Below are positions 24,501 through 35,800 of a stretch of 63,423 bases of DNA, one piece after another. Location of the stretch: contig NC_133621.1 of assembly GCF_048593235.1 (NCBI RefSeq), forward strand, positions 90,635,725 to 90,699,147, given 5' to 3'. Source of the stretch: Sminthopsis crassicaudata (taxonomy: Eukaryota). Within the stretch, counting starts at the first letter, position 1. Every line of letters begins with the position of its first letter. A program made the translations under genes and the position numbers. The notes below the pieces were generated by a model, which saw nothing but the letters and a program-made list of their open reading frames with translations, was not told the DNA's origin and searched no databases.

Positions 24501-27500
24501 AAATGGGAATATCAGAGCCTGGGAGAGGAAGAAAAGGCGTCAGCCCCAAGACTCAATTTGACAGGGATCCCTGGGGGGTGGATACAGGCGTATCAGAATC
24601 ACAGCTTCTATATCACCCCCCCCAACTCCACCCCTACCATCACTAATTGTGTCCTTGACTATCTCCCAAAGTCTCCTTCCTTTACTCTCTGAGTGTCCTT
24701 AGGGAAGCAGACCTTTTCTCTCTTCCCAGGCCTGCTTTTACATCCCAGCCCACAATCACCCTTCCTTCCACCCGGCATTACCGAAGCAGGCAGCTAAACA
24801 GTTGTTGCCGAATATCTTTGGCTATGCGTTCTCCAAGTCTTGACAACAGTACCAGGTACCCAAAGGTCAGCACCCCCTAAGGAGAGCAACAAAAGAGATC
24901 CACAGAATTCCACTGAGGCTTCCCTAACTGATTCTGGTCTAAACATAGCCCTAGATCCCTCGCCATTCCCAACCCCCCAAAAATGCCAGGGCTTGAATCT
25001 CTACTTAAGGCAGTATACTATAAAATTGATGATTAAATATTCCTCAGACTCTTCCCCACACAGACTTCCTACTGTAATACCTGGATAGTGTAGAGGGAGA
25101 GTAGATGAAGACCAAGGCCTCGGGCCTCCATCATGAAGTTCCCCAAATGATCTTGTGTGTATTTCCCCACAATCTCCACAAACTGGCCCAGGAGCAGGGG
25201 AATTTGCACGTTCACCAAGGCAGATCCCAGTGCTAGCTGTGATTGGAGAGGGGGAAAAGGAAGAATTAGAAAAGGGGAATCTAGAACCAGATCAGTTCCA
25301 ATAGAGCAGTAATGACCTGAACCAGCTACACCCAGAGAAAGAACTTTGGGAGATGACTATGAACCACTACATAGAATTCCCAATCCCTCTATTTTTGTCC
25401 ACCTGCATTTTTTATTTCCTTCACAGGCTAATGGTACACTGTTTCAAAGTCCCATTCTTTTTGTGCAGCAAAATAACTGTTTGGACATGTACACATATAT
25501 TGCATTTAATTTATACTTTAACCTATGTAACATGTATTGTCAACCTGACATCTGGGGGAGAGGGGTGGGGAAGGAGGGGAAAAGTTGGAACAAAAGGCTT
25601 GGCAATTGTCAATGTTGTAAAACTACCCATGCATANNNNNNNNNNNNNNNNNNNNNNNNNNNNNNNNNNNNNNNNNNNNNNNNNNNNNNNNNNNNNNNNN
25701 NNNNNNNNNNNNNNNNNNNNNNNNNNNNNNNNNNNNNNNNNNNNNNNNNNNNNNNNNNNNNNNNNNNNNNNNNNNNNNNNNNNNNNNNNNNNNNNNNNNN
25801 NNNNNNNNNNNNNNNNNNNNNNNNNNNNNNNNNNNNNTAACTATGATTGTCTCTTTCGCCCTGGTGGCTTCTGGGTATCCCTAATGCTTCCTCCTGCTCC
25901 ATGCTTGGCCCTTGCTCCCACTATTTCTATGGGAATTGTATAAACTGGACACTCTTCTTGAAAAGCCCAACAGCGTTTTTAGCACCTCCCAAGTGACTGG
26001 AGTCCAGCCTCCCTGGAGGAGATTCCTTTCCATTCCCTCACAAGGAGCTCCTCCCTGCCATTGTCCCTGAACCTCTTTTGGAGTAGTAGTGGTGGGATGT
26101 AACAGACTTAGTTATCTTCTCTCTGGGCCACCCCCATTCACATCTTCTTATGACCCTTTCCCTGTCTGTGGCAGAGATGGAAGAATGTGGGGGGTGGGGG
26201 GATGACCTCACCACAATGGCTGTCCCCAGGGCCAGCAAGTGGGGTCGCAGAAAGCACCAGAAGATAGACCAGCTGAAGCAGGGCTCCTCTGGCTGGGGCT
26301 TGGATTCCACAAGGGGCAGCCCCTCCACCTCGCACCGCCCCACGAGATAGAAGTGGCAGCCTTTGCTCCATATCATAGGACCCAAGAGTAGCCCCCCAAC
26401 CCAGAGAGAGGATCCTTGCCGCTTAGCTGGGGGGCTTCTGGGTGGGCAGAGCCGGAGGCGGGCCAGAGCCCGCAGGATGTAGGAGCCAGTGCGACTCTCC
26501 AAATGCCTGTGGGGAGAAAGCGGTCTTAAATCGGTCAGTTAGCTAGGACAGCTTTGGTCTCTGCTGGGCCCCAGCCCTGGCACTTCTGTGGGGGTGAGGG
26601 AAGAGAAAGAGAAGGAGCATGGGAGCGTCCCGCTGATGGTAAAACCCACCCGTGTAAGAGCACCACTCAAGGGTCCAGGCCCGGCTCTCCCAGCCCCTGC
26701 TCCTCCTGAGCCTTCAGCCTTGGGCCCGAGAGCCCGGGAGAGCTGCGACTCGGCCCGGCTGGAGCTAGTGGCAGAGCCTGTCTGATGCTTTCCCGTCCTG
26801 CCCGGCCCGCGGGCGCCTTCCCTTCCTGCTCTGTGGGAGTTCAGAAAGCTGCAGATGCTGGGAAACGGCCCTGGGCGAGAGCCCCAGGATCTGCTTCCGT
26901 CTGAGCGCTGACCCCCGCCTGCAGTCTCTCGCTGGTCCAATGGGGATCTCCCGTGCTCTGGGGAGTTCCCAGACCGTGGGTCTGAGAGCAGCCTGGAAAA
27001 GCGGCGGTCCTGGGGTGCTGAGTCACGTGCCCCCCACAGCTGGGAGGCCGGACCCCTTCTTCCTCGCCAGCTCCGGCGCCCGCGGCCACGTCCGGCTTCT
27101 AACACCACGATCCCACCCCCGGCCCTGGAGCTGCTCCTCCTCAACTCTCACCAACACTTCTGACAGCTGAGGAACAAACCGGCACTCTGTTCCCGGCTAT
27201 TCCTCTGTAAATGTCACTTTTACTTAAACAAGCCCGGCCCTTGCTCTTTCCTCACTGAAGCATTTTCAATCCCCCCCGTGGCTCGCCCCCGCCCCTCCCG
27301 CGGTCCGGAAGCCCGGACTTGGGGTCTAAGGGGTCACACCGCAGGAGCGGGAGGGCGGGCCACTTTTTGGCATTTGAGCTTCGCTCTCGCGCCAGTCCGA
27401 TGCGACATCACGTTGGCTTTTGGAAGCAGGCCTCGCGGGGCGCAGCAGCGTGCCTCGTGCCTTAGCCAAGGCCGGCTTTTCTTGGGGTCACTTTTGTGTC

Positions 27501-28036
27501 TGGGTGCCCGGCTTCCTCGGGATCTCGTCCCTCACTGGGCTGAGTGAGGGGCGCGTTAGATGACATAGGTGAGAAGCACGGGACTGCACAAAGGGGAGGG
27601 GCTCTCCTGCAGGGAAATGCCGCTCATTTGTCAGGGGACCTAGCCTTTGACCTAATGAGACCATGGGGGGGGGGGGCTGTTCTCTGAACACTGGACTTCA
27701 GCCTCAGAGGTGCCGGGCCCCATAAAACAAAGCGCAGATCAGCCTGCATCGGATCGGACCGTAAATTATTAAGCACGCTCCCGCGCAGATGACATTACAC
27801 TGGGGGGGGGAGGGGGGGAGGGAGAAGCCTACATCTCCCAGCAGCCTCGCGCGACACTGGAACTACATTTCCCAGGGGGAGCCCTCGCGGAACGGAACCG
27901 GCGAGCCACTGGCCCGCTCCAAGCCCGACGCTTCTTTTTACCTGACGGCCGTAAACGTTCGGGGCCGGAGCGGCAGTAGCAGGGCTCCCCGCACCGGGCA
28001 GCCCCGAGTCCCGACCCGAAATAAATGAACCAACAT
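12553..28036 (-). CDS. ABCB8: Mitochondrial ABC half-transporter ABCB8 (MITOSUR), 16 exons, 701 aa
   Basis: Exons: 27942-28036, 26212-26506, 25081-25236, 24782-24876, 23979-24084, 23068-23229, 22850-22935, 22669-22766, 22315-22420, 19218-19251, 18586-18722, 18178-18272, 17869-18002, 16335-16482, 13725-13975, 12553-12660. Sum 2106 nt, all GT-AG. N-terminus MLVHLFRVG; Walker A GQSGGGKST, signature LSGGQKQR, Walker [13 protein letters not shown]-loop IAHRLST. Confidence 0.97.
14420..14980 (+). mobile_element. Older L1 ORF2 end/3' UTR fragment in ABCB8 intron 14
   Basis: gggaatggccaaacaaattatgg...tatgaactgatgcag...gagaacaatatgtaca pattern ending aataaaaaaa; boundaries approximate. Confidence 0.6.
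19290..19536 (-). mobile_element. MIR/Mar-type CORE-SINE
   Basis: Reverse CORE ttatccccattttacagatgaggaaattgaggc, and head ending ...gtaccacctagctg. Confidence 0.75.
20003..20624 (+). mobile_element. Possible solo LTR in ABCB8 intron 9
   Basis: TG...CA ends possible, CCAAT 20210, ATTGG 20238, TATATAA 20384-20390, 11-bp direct repeat GGAGCGATACC. No TSD found; family unidentified. Confidence 0.35.
25300..25635 (+). mobile_element. L1 3' UTR fragment running into the assembly gap (ABCB8 intron 2)
   Basis: accagctacacccagagaaagaac...catagaattcccaatccctctatttttgtc...ggggagaggggtggggaaggagggggaaaagttggaacaaaagg...actacccatgcata, typical of marsupial L1 3' ends. Confidence 0.8.
25636..25837. other. 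Assembly gap (N run)
   Basis: 202 N in ABCB8 intron 2; no exon missing. Confidence 1.
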
Positions 28037-28500
28037 GTTGGAGCGGGAGAATGGAAGCAGCCGGCGGTGGCGGTTTCACCCTTGTCCCGCTGAAGGCGCC
28101 ATGTTGATTCAGCCCCCTTCCCGACGAGCCTCACGAGGCTTAGCTAGGATTGGTGGAAAGGTCTTGACCTCCACCCTCCTGAGTTATGATTGGAGAAAAT
28201 CTCTCCGACCGTATCCTCCCAGAGCTGTGACTGGACAATCAGTTGGAGCCCTTCCCCCTCTAAGGCTCGGAAAAGGCTCCGGGCTTCCTTAGCCCTCCCC
28301 CTCGGGGGCGGAGCCAGACGGAGGATGGGGCGGGGCGAAGGGATGACCCGAGGGCTCGGGGTTAGTCACTGGCACTCTTGGGACAGCCAAGGTGTGGGCG
28401 TGGGCGTGGCATGACGGGGCCGCGTCAAAGTCCAGATCCCGTCCGAGATCTGAAAGGGCCCAGGAAGGGGGCGGGGAAGTGATGGGGAGACGGAGGTGGA
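26700..28500. promoter_or_regulatory. CpG island at the ABCB8 promoter/exon 1; head-to-head region with ATG9B
   Basis: Dense CpG and high GC around the ABCB8 ATG (28036). ATTGG boxes at 28149 and 28189; YY1-like CGCCATGTT at 28097-28105. The ATG9B ATG is 1.84 kb away on the opposite strand. Confidence 0.8.
27829..27875 (+). promoter_or_regulatory. Tandem ZNF143/THAP11 (ACTACA-n-TCCCAG) motifs
   Basis: CTACATCTCCCAGCAGCC at 27829-46 and ACTACATTTCCCAG at 27862-75; motif match only. Confidence 0.6.
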
Positions 28501-29872
28501 GCCCCAGCCGATCTGACCTCTAAACCTTGATTTGAGCTGTCAAGAAATCGGGGAGGGGCTGGGGAAAGCCGTCCTGCTCTTAAACCATCACTTTAGGCTT
28601 ATTTATACTATTTATTTGCGTATTTACTTATTACTGTAATAGTCTTATTTAATAATAAATAATTTATTATTGAGGGTGGAAGGGAAGGGGATCAGGAAAA
28701 GAGGGGAGGGGGTTCTGGGGGAGTTGAGCCGGGGGGAGGGGAAGTTTTGGGTAGTGGGGGGGGAGGAGAGGTTCTTGGTATGAAGCAGGGACTCCCAGAG
28801 GAGGAAGGAGTCTTCTGGAGAATTCCTGTGGAGGGGAGTCCTTAGAGAGGAAGGCAAGAGGGGCTGGAACAAAGAGGGAGGAGTTAGGGGCGGCTTTCCG
28901 GAGCGGATGAGGGGCGGGGCAAGTGAGAAGCTTCAGTGTTACACTTTGTCCCAGAAGCTTCGGCGCGAGCCTGTCAGCATGCACTGAGGCCTGCCCTCAC
29001 TAATGACCGAGTGTGTGCCGGTTACAAAGTATCCTACCTTCGCTCCCGGCCTGAGGCAGGCAGCGCTTACATCAGAGGGTAGATTCCTACCGGGCAAGTG
29101 TAGGTCAGGGTTGGGGTTGGCACCTGCATCCCCTTGACCCACAGCCTCCTCACCTGTAAGAGGACGGTTTGGACTAGAAAGCCTTTTAGGGTTATTGTAA
29201 GCCCTCAGTTCTGTGATCCTTTCCTACCCCAGCCCCCAGGTCTGTTAGACAAAATCCCTACTGTGCGCACAGCCATTACCCGACATGTCCTCTGGGAACC
29301 AGAGAGCCTCTGTTACTATCGCCGCCCCGGGCCTCACGCCAGTCCCCACCTCCTGCTGAGTCAGCCCCTTAGGAACGGGTCTGACAGGAGGCTGAGTGCC
29401 TGAAGAGTCAGGCCTGCAGGAATGAGGCTGCACAGGCTCGCCCCCGGCCCTCCCCCAGAGGCCTCTGCTCAGCCCCACGGCCTCTTCTGTGTCTGCCCTC
29501 AGGGGATTCCGAGCCAGCCTCCTTTCTTCCCCAGTGCCCCGAGTTTGCTTCTTGGAAGTCCGAGGAGCTGTTTGGACAGGACTGAGTCAGATTTGGGGAA
29601 GAGGCGAAGGCGGAACGCCACGAAGCAGGGCATGGGGAGAGGTGCAGGTGGGGAGCGGGGTCCGCTTGAACATTATCCAGCTGGTGGGAGAGAGAAGGAA
29701 TCCAGAGCTCCCCCAGGACTCTTGGGAGGGGCCATGAGTGGTCAAACAGGTGACTGGGAGTCAGGACGCCCCGGGCCTGCTTATGGCTGAGTCACTCTGT
29801 TGTTGTCCTTCGAAGAACCACAAGCCCTGTCCCAGAAAACAACAGCAGTGTGTCTGTGAAGGAACCAGCCCG

Positions 29873-32800
29873 ATGGTGAGACGGATGGGATGGGGGGGGA
29901 CAAAGGGGCCGCAAGAAAGATGGGGGGAGCTGGGGCCAGGAGCTACGTTATTATCCCCTTTGCTCCCTCCTCCTCGATGTCTGGGGTCTGGAAGGGGTAG
30001 GATCTCGGTCTTTTCTATGTCTCCAACTCCCTACACAAGAAGCTCTCCTTCCCCGTTTCTTGCTTCCGTCCCGAGGCCCCTTAGCCCAGCCAGGACTTCT
30101 GGGGTAACGCAGCCCCACAGCAGTGACCTCCAGGCCCCAGAAACCTCTTCACCTGATGGGGAGTCTTCTGGGACCCCTTGCTCTGCTCCATCTGGCGTAA
30201 GATCCCACTCCACCCCATGCCTGGCCTCGGTGACTCCCCTTCCCTCACAGTGGTCCCTCCAGACTTCCTCGGGGCTGCGGATGGGTCCCCTAATCCCGGA
30301 ACAGGACTACGAGCGCCTGGAAGACTGTGATCCTGACAGGGACTGTGACATCAACCAAGACTCCCCCCTCCCCGGGGATGACCAGGAACCCCTGCTCCAT
30401 GTGCCAGAGGGGCTCAGGGGTAAGTGGGGATACAGGAAGCACAGCTGAAACAGGTCCTAGTGTGGAATGGAAGACAGCTCAGAGAGGGAGGGGCACAAGT
30501 AGCAGAGTCCCCACATTTAGAAAGTTCAAGGGGGCAGGGGCATGAAGACAAAGGGCTTGGAGGTCACAGGTGAAGGGAATGGAGACCACCCAAATGCGGC
30601 CTAGACTTCTGCATGTAGAGTTCCATCTCTTACATTTACTAGCTGGGTGCTCCCGGGTAAGTCACTTCATCTCCCAGTGTTGGTCTCCTCTGCTGCTGAG
30701 TCACAGGGTGACTGTGAGGATTGCACCTGGTAAAAAGAATTGTCTTCCTTACCTTTTTCCATCTAGGTTCTTGGCATCACATCCAGAACTTGGACAGCTT
30801 CTTCACCAAGATATCTTATGTGCCCGCCATTGAGGGCAGCTGGGAGTGGGCATCTGTAAGCTGAGCAGGGCTGAGGGCAAAGACTAGGACATTGCTTGGA
30901 AAGGAATGGGTGCCTGAGAACTGGCAGGGGCTAGACTGTAGGAATGAATAGTCTGTTGCGGGTACTTGACGGGAGAGGGCTGTTAAATGGGTGCTGGATC
31001 TTGGGGGAGATCTTTGATGACTCGGGCTTATTCCTTGATAAGTTTGGTACCTCTACAATTACCATCAGCGGAATGGCTTTGCCTGTATGTTTCTGGAGGA
31101 TGCCTTCCAGTTGGGGTAAGTCCTTTATATTCAGTTCTTGTCTTCATCCCCTCATCATTTTCCCTCCCATCATACAGCATTCCCTCTTCTCACCTCCCCA
31201 TGTAGCCCCCACCTTCCTCTTTCCCTTTCTCATTTCCCACCCTGAGCTGGCGTTGGCAGGTTATTTCTCTGGGATCTACTGTGTCCGGGAGCTGGCCTGA
31301 CCCCAGGCTCTACTCCCAAGGCCTGTCACCCTGGAACACCTCTGGTTCTGCCTTCATTCTTATCCCACTCCGCCCACAGACAGTTTGTTTTCATTGTTGC
31401 CTTCACGACTTTCCTGCTCCGCTGCGTTGATTATGATGTTCTCTTTGCCAACCGACCTGTTAACCATACACGGCCTGGAGCCCCTGGCTCCCACCAGACC
31501 CCTGGAGTCCTTCACAGCAAGGTGGCACTGTCCGATACTATCCTGCCTGCCGCCCAGTGTGCCCAGCGGTGAGCGAAAGCAGAGAAGGGCTAAGAGCAGG
31601 GGGGCTGGGAACCTGGATGGTTCAGGGATTGAGATCAGAGACACTGCGCCCCTCCTCATCCTCTGTTCTAGCCCCTGCCTAAGCGCAGGTAAGGATGAGC
31701 AGAGGGCAGGGGAGTAAGGCTGAACAAAGACAGTCAGACTGGTGAGAGGAAAGGGACGAGGGAGTCTCATCTCTTCTATCCCTGGCTCAGTCCTCAGAGC
31801 CAGGCCCTCTTCCTATGTCCAGGATTCCTAGGCCATTTTTTAATCTGCTCTTTCCTCCATCCCTACCCCATGCCCTTTGATTATGGGCTTACTAGTTCTG
31901 CCATGGACCCTAACTCTAATCTATCTAGGTAATCAAACCCTAATCCAGGCCACCAATCTGTCTGTGTAATACAGGGTACGTTCCAGCTCGCTCCTGATCT
32001 TCCTTTTGTTCCTGGCCACTGGGTTTTGGCTATTCCGTCTTCTACGATCCCTCTGCAACCTTCTGAACTATTGGGATATCCGAACATTTTACAGAGAAGC
32101 CCTGCACATTCCCCCCGTGAGTTGGAGGTAGCAGGGTGCGGTGAAAATAGGACAAATTGTAGTCAGAGAGGGGAAGAAAGGAACAAGATGACAGGTCAAA
32201 GCAGGCATCTCAGAGGTCTGAGACATTAAGGTTGGGAATAAGGATATTGTCAAGTTGTCAAATCTTCCTTGACATCTACTATACGCTTGGCTTTGTGGGA
32301 GACAGAAAAGATGAGACATGGTGCTTGCCTTTGAAGAGCTCACAATCGAGGTGACAAACAAGACTGGTACCTGGGTCTCAGGACAACTAGATAATGCCAG
32401 ATGGCTTATAATCAGATCTGTACGGTGCAGACCTCAGGAGCTCTGTAAAAGGAAGGAACAGATAGGCAGAAAGAATAGTTTGAAAAGAAGAGGAATGGTT
32501 GGATAGAATTTGGATAGAAAGGTTACCTTTTTGCAACTTCTGTTCATTTCTCCTCTTTCTGCCCTCTGGGGCCAATCATATCCACATCTGGATTCATAGA
32601 ATCACAGAATGTTGAAGCTAGAAGAAATGTTAGAAGTCACCTAGACCCAGCTTCTTACTTTATAGGTAGGGCCCAGGAAGAAGAGAGGCTTGCTAAGGTT
32701 TGACAAATCCTAGAATTAGGAATCCATCCTCAATACCGCCCTTTATTATCTGGCTCTCTAAGTAGACATAGCTTTGGAGCTGGAAAAGGTCTGGGTTCAA

Positions 32801-35800
32801 GGCCTGCCTTGAACATGCACTGTGTTCTCATGGGCAAGTCACTGAATCTCTCTGTATGCCCAGAGAACTCTGAATGACTTGAAGTTAGAGAAGATTAACT
32901 ATTTTACTTGATGGGAGGAGTTTCTATTCTGGGGAGTTCCTTACACAGATGAAATCACAGGTCTTAACTACCACTTGCTCCTCCCCTAGACAGCCAGCTC
33001 TTGATCAGTACTTTTTTGTATTTCTCACAGCTCTAAGTACTGGGTTGGGCACATAGTAGGCATTTAATAAATATTTGTTGGATGAATGGATTCTTGTCTG
33101 AGTTATGAGAAATCCTTGCTGGTTTCAGAATAGGACCTGATGGGAGTGGTGTTTTAGGAAGGTCAGTCTGGGGGCCATTGGCTGAATGGAATTTGAGGAA
33201 TAAGAGACTGGAAGGAAAAAGCCAATTTTATGGCTGTTGAAATGGTCCAGATGCCACATGATGAAAATCTGGATTAATGTGGAAGGGAGCTTCTCTCCTT
33301 TTTCAAGAAGTCAAGAAACTATTTCTCTGGGTATTTTTTTTTGGGGGGGGGAGGAAGGGGAAATAAAATTTTTTAATCCATTGGTATTAGGAGGAAGTGC
33401 TTCATTTCCTTTATCAAAGACTAGGGCATTAAGAGGTTAACTTAATTGCCCAGAGTCACACAACCAGAATGTGTTAAAAGGTGGCACTTGAATCCGAAAC
33501 TTCTTGGTCCTGAGGCCTCCTTTCTATATTGACCTGTAATCACTGAGCCAGGCACTATGGGTGATCCTTTGTGTAAAACATAGATGTGCTCTTAGGCTCA
33601 GTCTGGGTCGGAGGACAGAACATGACAGTTATGGGAAGTTGACCTAAAAACAAAAACACAAGAACAAGGGGTCAGACAGCTTGATGTGATTTATAGTGTG
33701 CTAAGCTGCATAGACAATGAGGGTTGTAAGAGTTCAGAAGAGGACGGAAAGGAAGGATGATATGGCAGGTCTGATGACAGACTGGAAATAAGGGTTAGAG
33801 AGAAAGAGAATTCCCTGGTGACTGAAGCTGTGAGCAGTGACTGAGAGGAGACCAAGTTCCAAGACATGGTGCTGAAGCTTGGGGCAGCAAGAGGGCATGA
33901 GTTCCCTCTCAAGCCAAGGTCTCCCAGAGGGGGGTGGCGGTCTATATTTAGAGGTAGTGGTCATCAAAAGGGGAGATCTTTGGGGTATGGTACTTCCTAG
34001 GAATCACTCCTTTCCCCTCTTCCTTCAGGAGGACCTTAGCAAGGTGTCCTGGGCCGAGGTCCAGTCTCGCCTCCTGGCCCTGCAGCGTGGTGGGGGCCTC
34101 TGCGTGTTGCCGCGGCCTCTGACCGAGTTAGATGTTCACCACCGCATCCTGCGCTACCCCAACTACCTGGTGGCCCTGGCCAACAAGGGCCTGTTGCCAG
34201 CCCGCTGCCCCCTGCCTTGGGGAGGCAGTGCCACTTTCCTCAGCCAGGGCCTGGCCCTCAATCTGGATCTGCTCCTGTTCCGCGGCCCAATTTCTCTCTT
34301 CCGTGGGGGCTGGGCATTGTCCAGTTCCTATAAGCGGAACTGTCAAAGGCGGACGCTTGCCATTCGCCTCCGCCGGACTCTGCTACTGCTGGCACTGGCC
34401 AATTTGGTTCTTTGTCCGCTGGTGCTGGCTTGGCAGGGCTTACATGCCTTCTTCAGCCATGCAGAACTGCTGCGCCGGGAGCCGGGAGCCCTGGGGATGA
34501 GGCGCTGGTCCCGCCTGGCCCGCCTGCAGCTGCGCCACTTTAACGAGCTACCCCATGAGCTTCGCGCCCGTTTGGCCCGTGCCTACCGCCCCGCTGCCCG
34601 CTATTTGAGGGCTGCTGCCCCTCCAGCCCCACTTTCGGCCCTGTTGGCCCGCCATGCCGGTTTCTTTGCTGGGGCCTTGCTAGCTGTCCTGCTGGCGCTC
34701 ACTGTGTATGATGAGGATGTGCTGGCTGTAGAACACGTGCTGACTGCCATGACAGGGCTGGGTGTGGCGCTGACTGTGGCCAGGTCAGCAGAGGGGTCCC
34801 TCCCTCCTTCCTGGGGGAGACTTGTGGGTCCCAGTGCAGAAATCTTTACCTCACCTTTTGAGATAAGTACCCAGGGAGACACGTCCATTCATTCACTCCG
34901 TTCTCTCAACTTCTAAGTGCCGTACAGTTTTAGAGCTCGGAAGGGACTTTGGAGAGCATCCAATCTCATTTCCCTATTTTAAAGGCAGGGAAATAAAGAC
35001 CTAGAGAGGGAAAATGACTTACCTGCTCGGGGCCACAGAGGGAGTGAGCAACAATGTTAAGACCAGAACATAAATCCCTTGTCCTGAAGGCCAGATCTCT
35101 ACCCATCATCCTGCTGCTTAATTCTCATAGATACTCACAATTCTGGGCTGACAGGGCCTGGAAAACTATGTAGACCAATCCCCTAATTTTATAGAAGAGG
35201 GAAGTGAGGCTCTTGCTCAAGGACAAAAGCTTGTGAGGGACAGCCAGAAGCAGAAAACCGCTCTCCAGACTGCGTTTGCCCCATGGCTCTCCTCTTCCTC
35301 CAGGTGCTTCATCCCGGAGGAGGAGTTCGTGGGGCGCTCCCCAAAGTCTCTGCTGCAGGCAGCACTCGCTCACATGCATTACCTCCCCGAAGGGCCAGGA
35401 CTCACCCGGGAAGCCAGCACTCACCACCAGATGTCGCAGCTCTTGCAGTACAAGGCTGTGAGTGAGCGCAGCTGGCTCTGCAACTTGGTCAGCCCACGGG
35501 GCCTGGTCAAGGCGGGGCTCTGTGGGGAGCAGCTATGGGACCTAACTCTGTCAGGACATCCCAGGCTTCTCAGGGGCTCTCTGGCTGGGGAGCCATTTGG
35601 GGTTAGTGGGTTCTACTGTGCAATGCCATCGGGGAATGGGTTGAGGAATTCTTTTATCCATAGAACTTAAGCCATCCTCTCCCCAGATAGTTCTTCTGGT
35701 GGGATTTCCCCCTTTTTTCCCCCTAGGTCTCTCTCCTGGAGGAGCTCCTCTCTCCAGTCCTCACCCCGCTCGCCCTTCTCTTCTGGTTTCGCCCTCGGGC

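Noticed and set aside
26539-27144. 201-aa Gly/Arg-rich minus-strand ORF in ABCB8 intron 1
   Set aside because: CpG-island composition suppresses stops; no recognisable homology, including to the human alternative ABCB8 insert.
33879-34028. Upstream extension of the 345-aa ATG9B ORF
   Set aside because: Intronic sequence before the clear acceptor at 34028; homology starts at EDLSKVSW.
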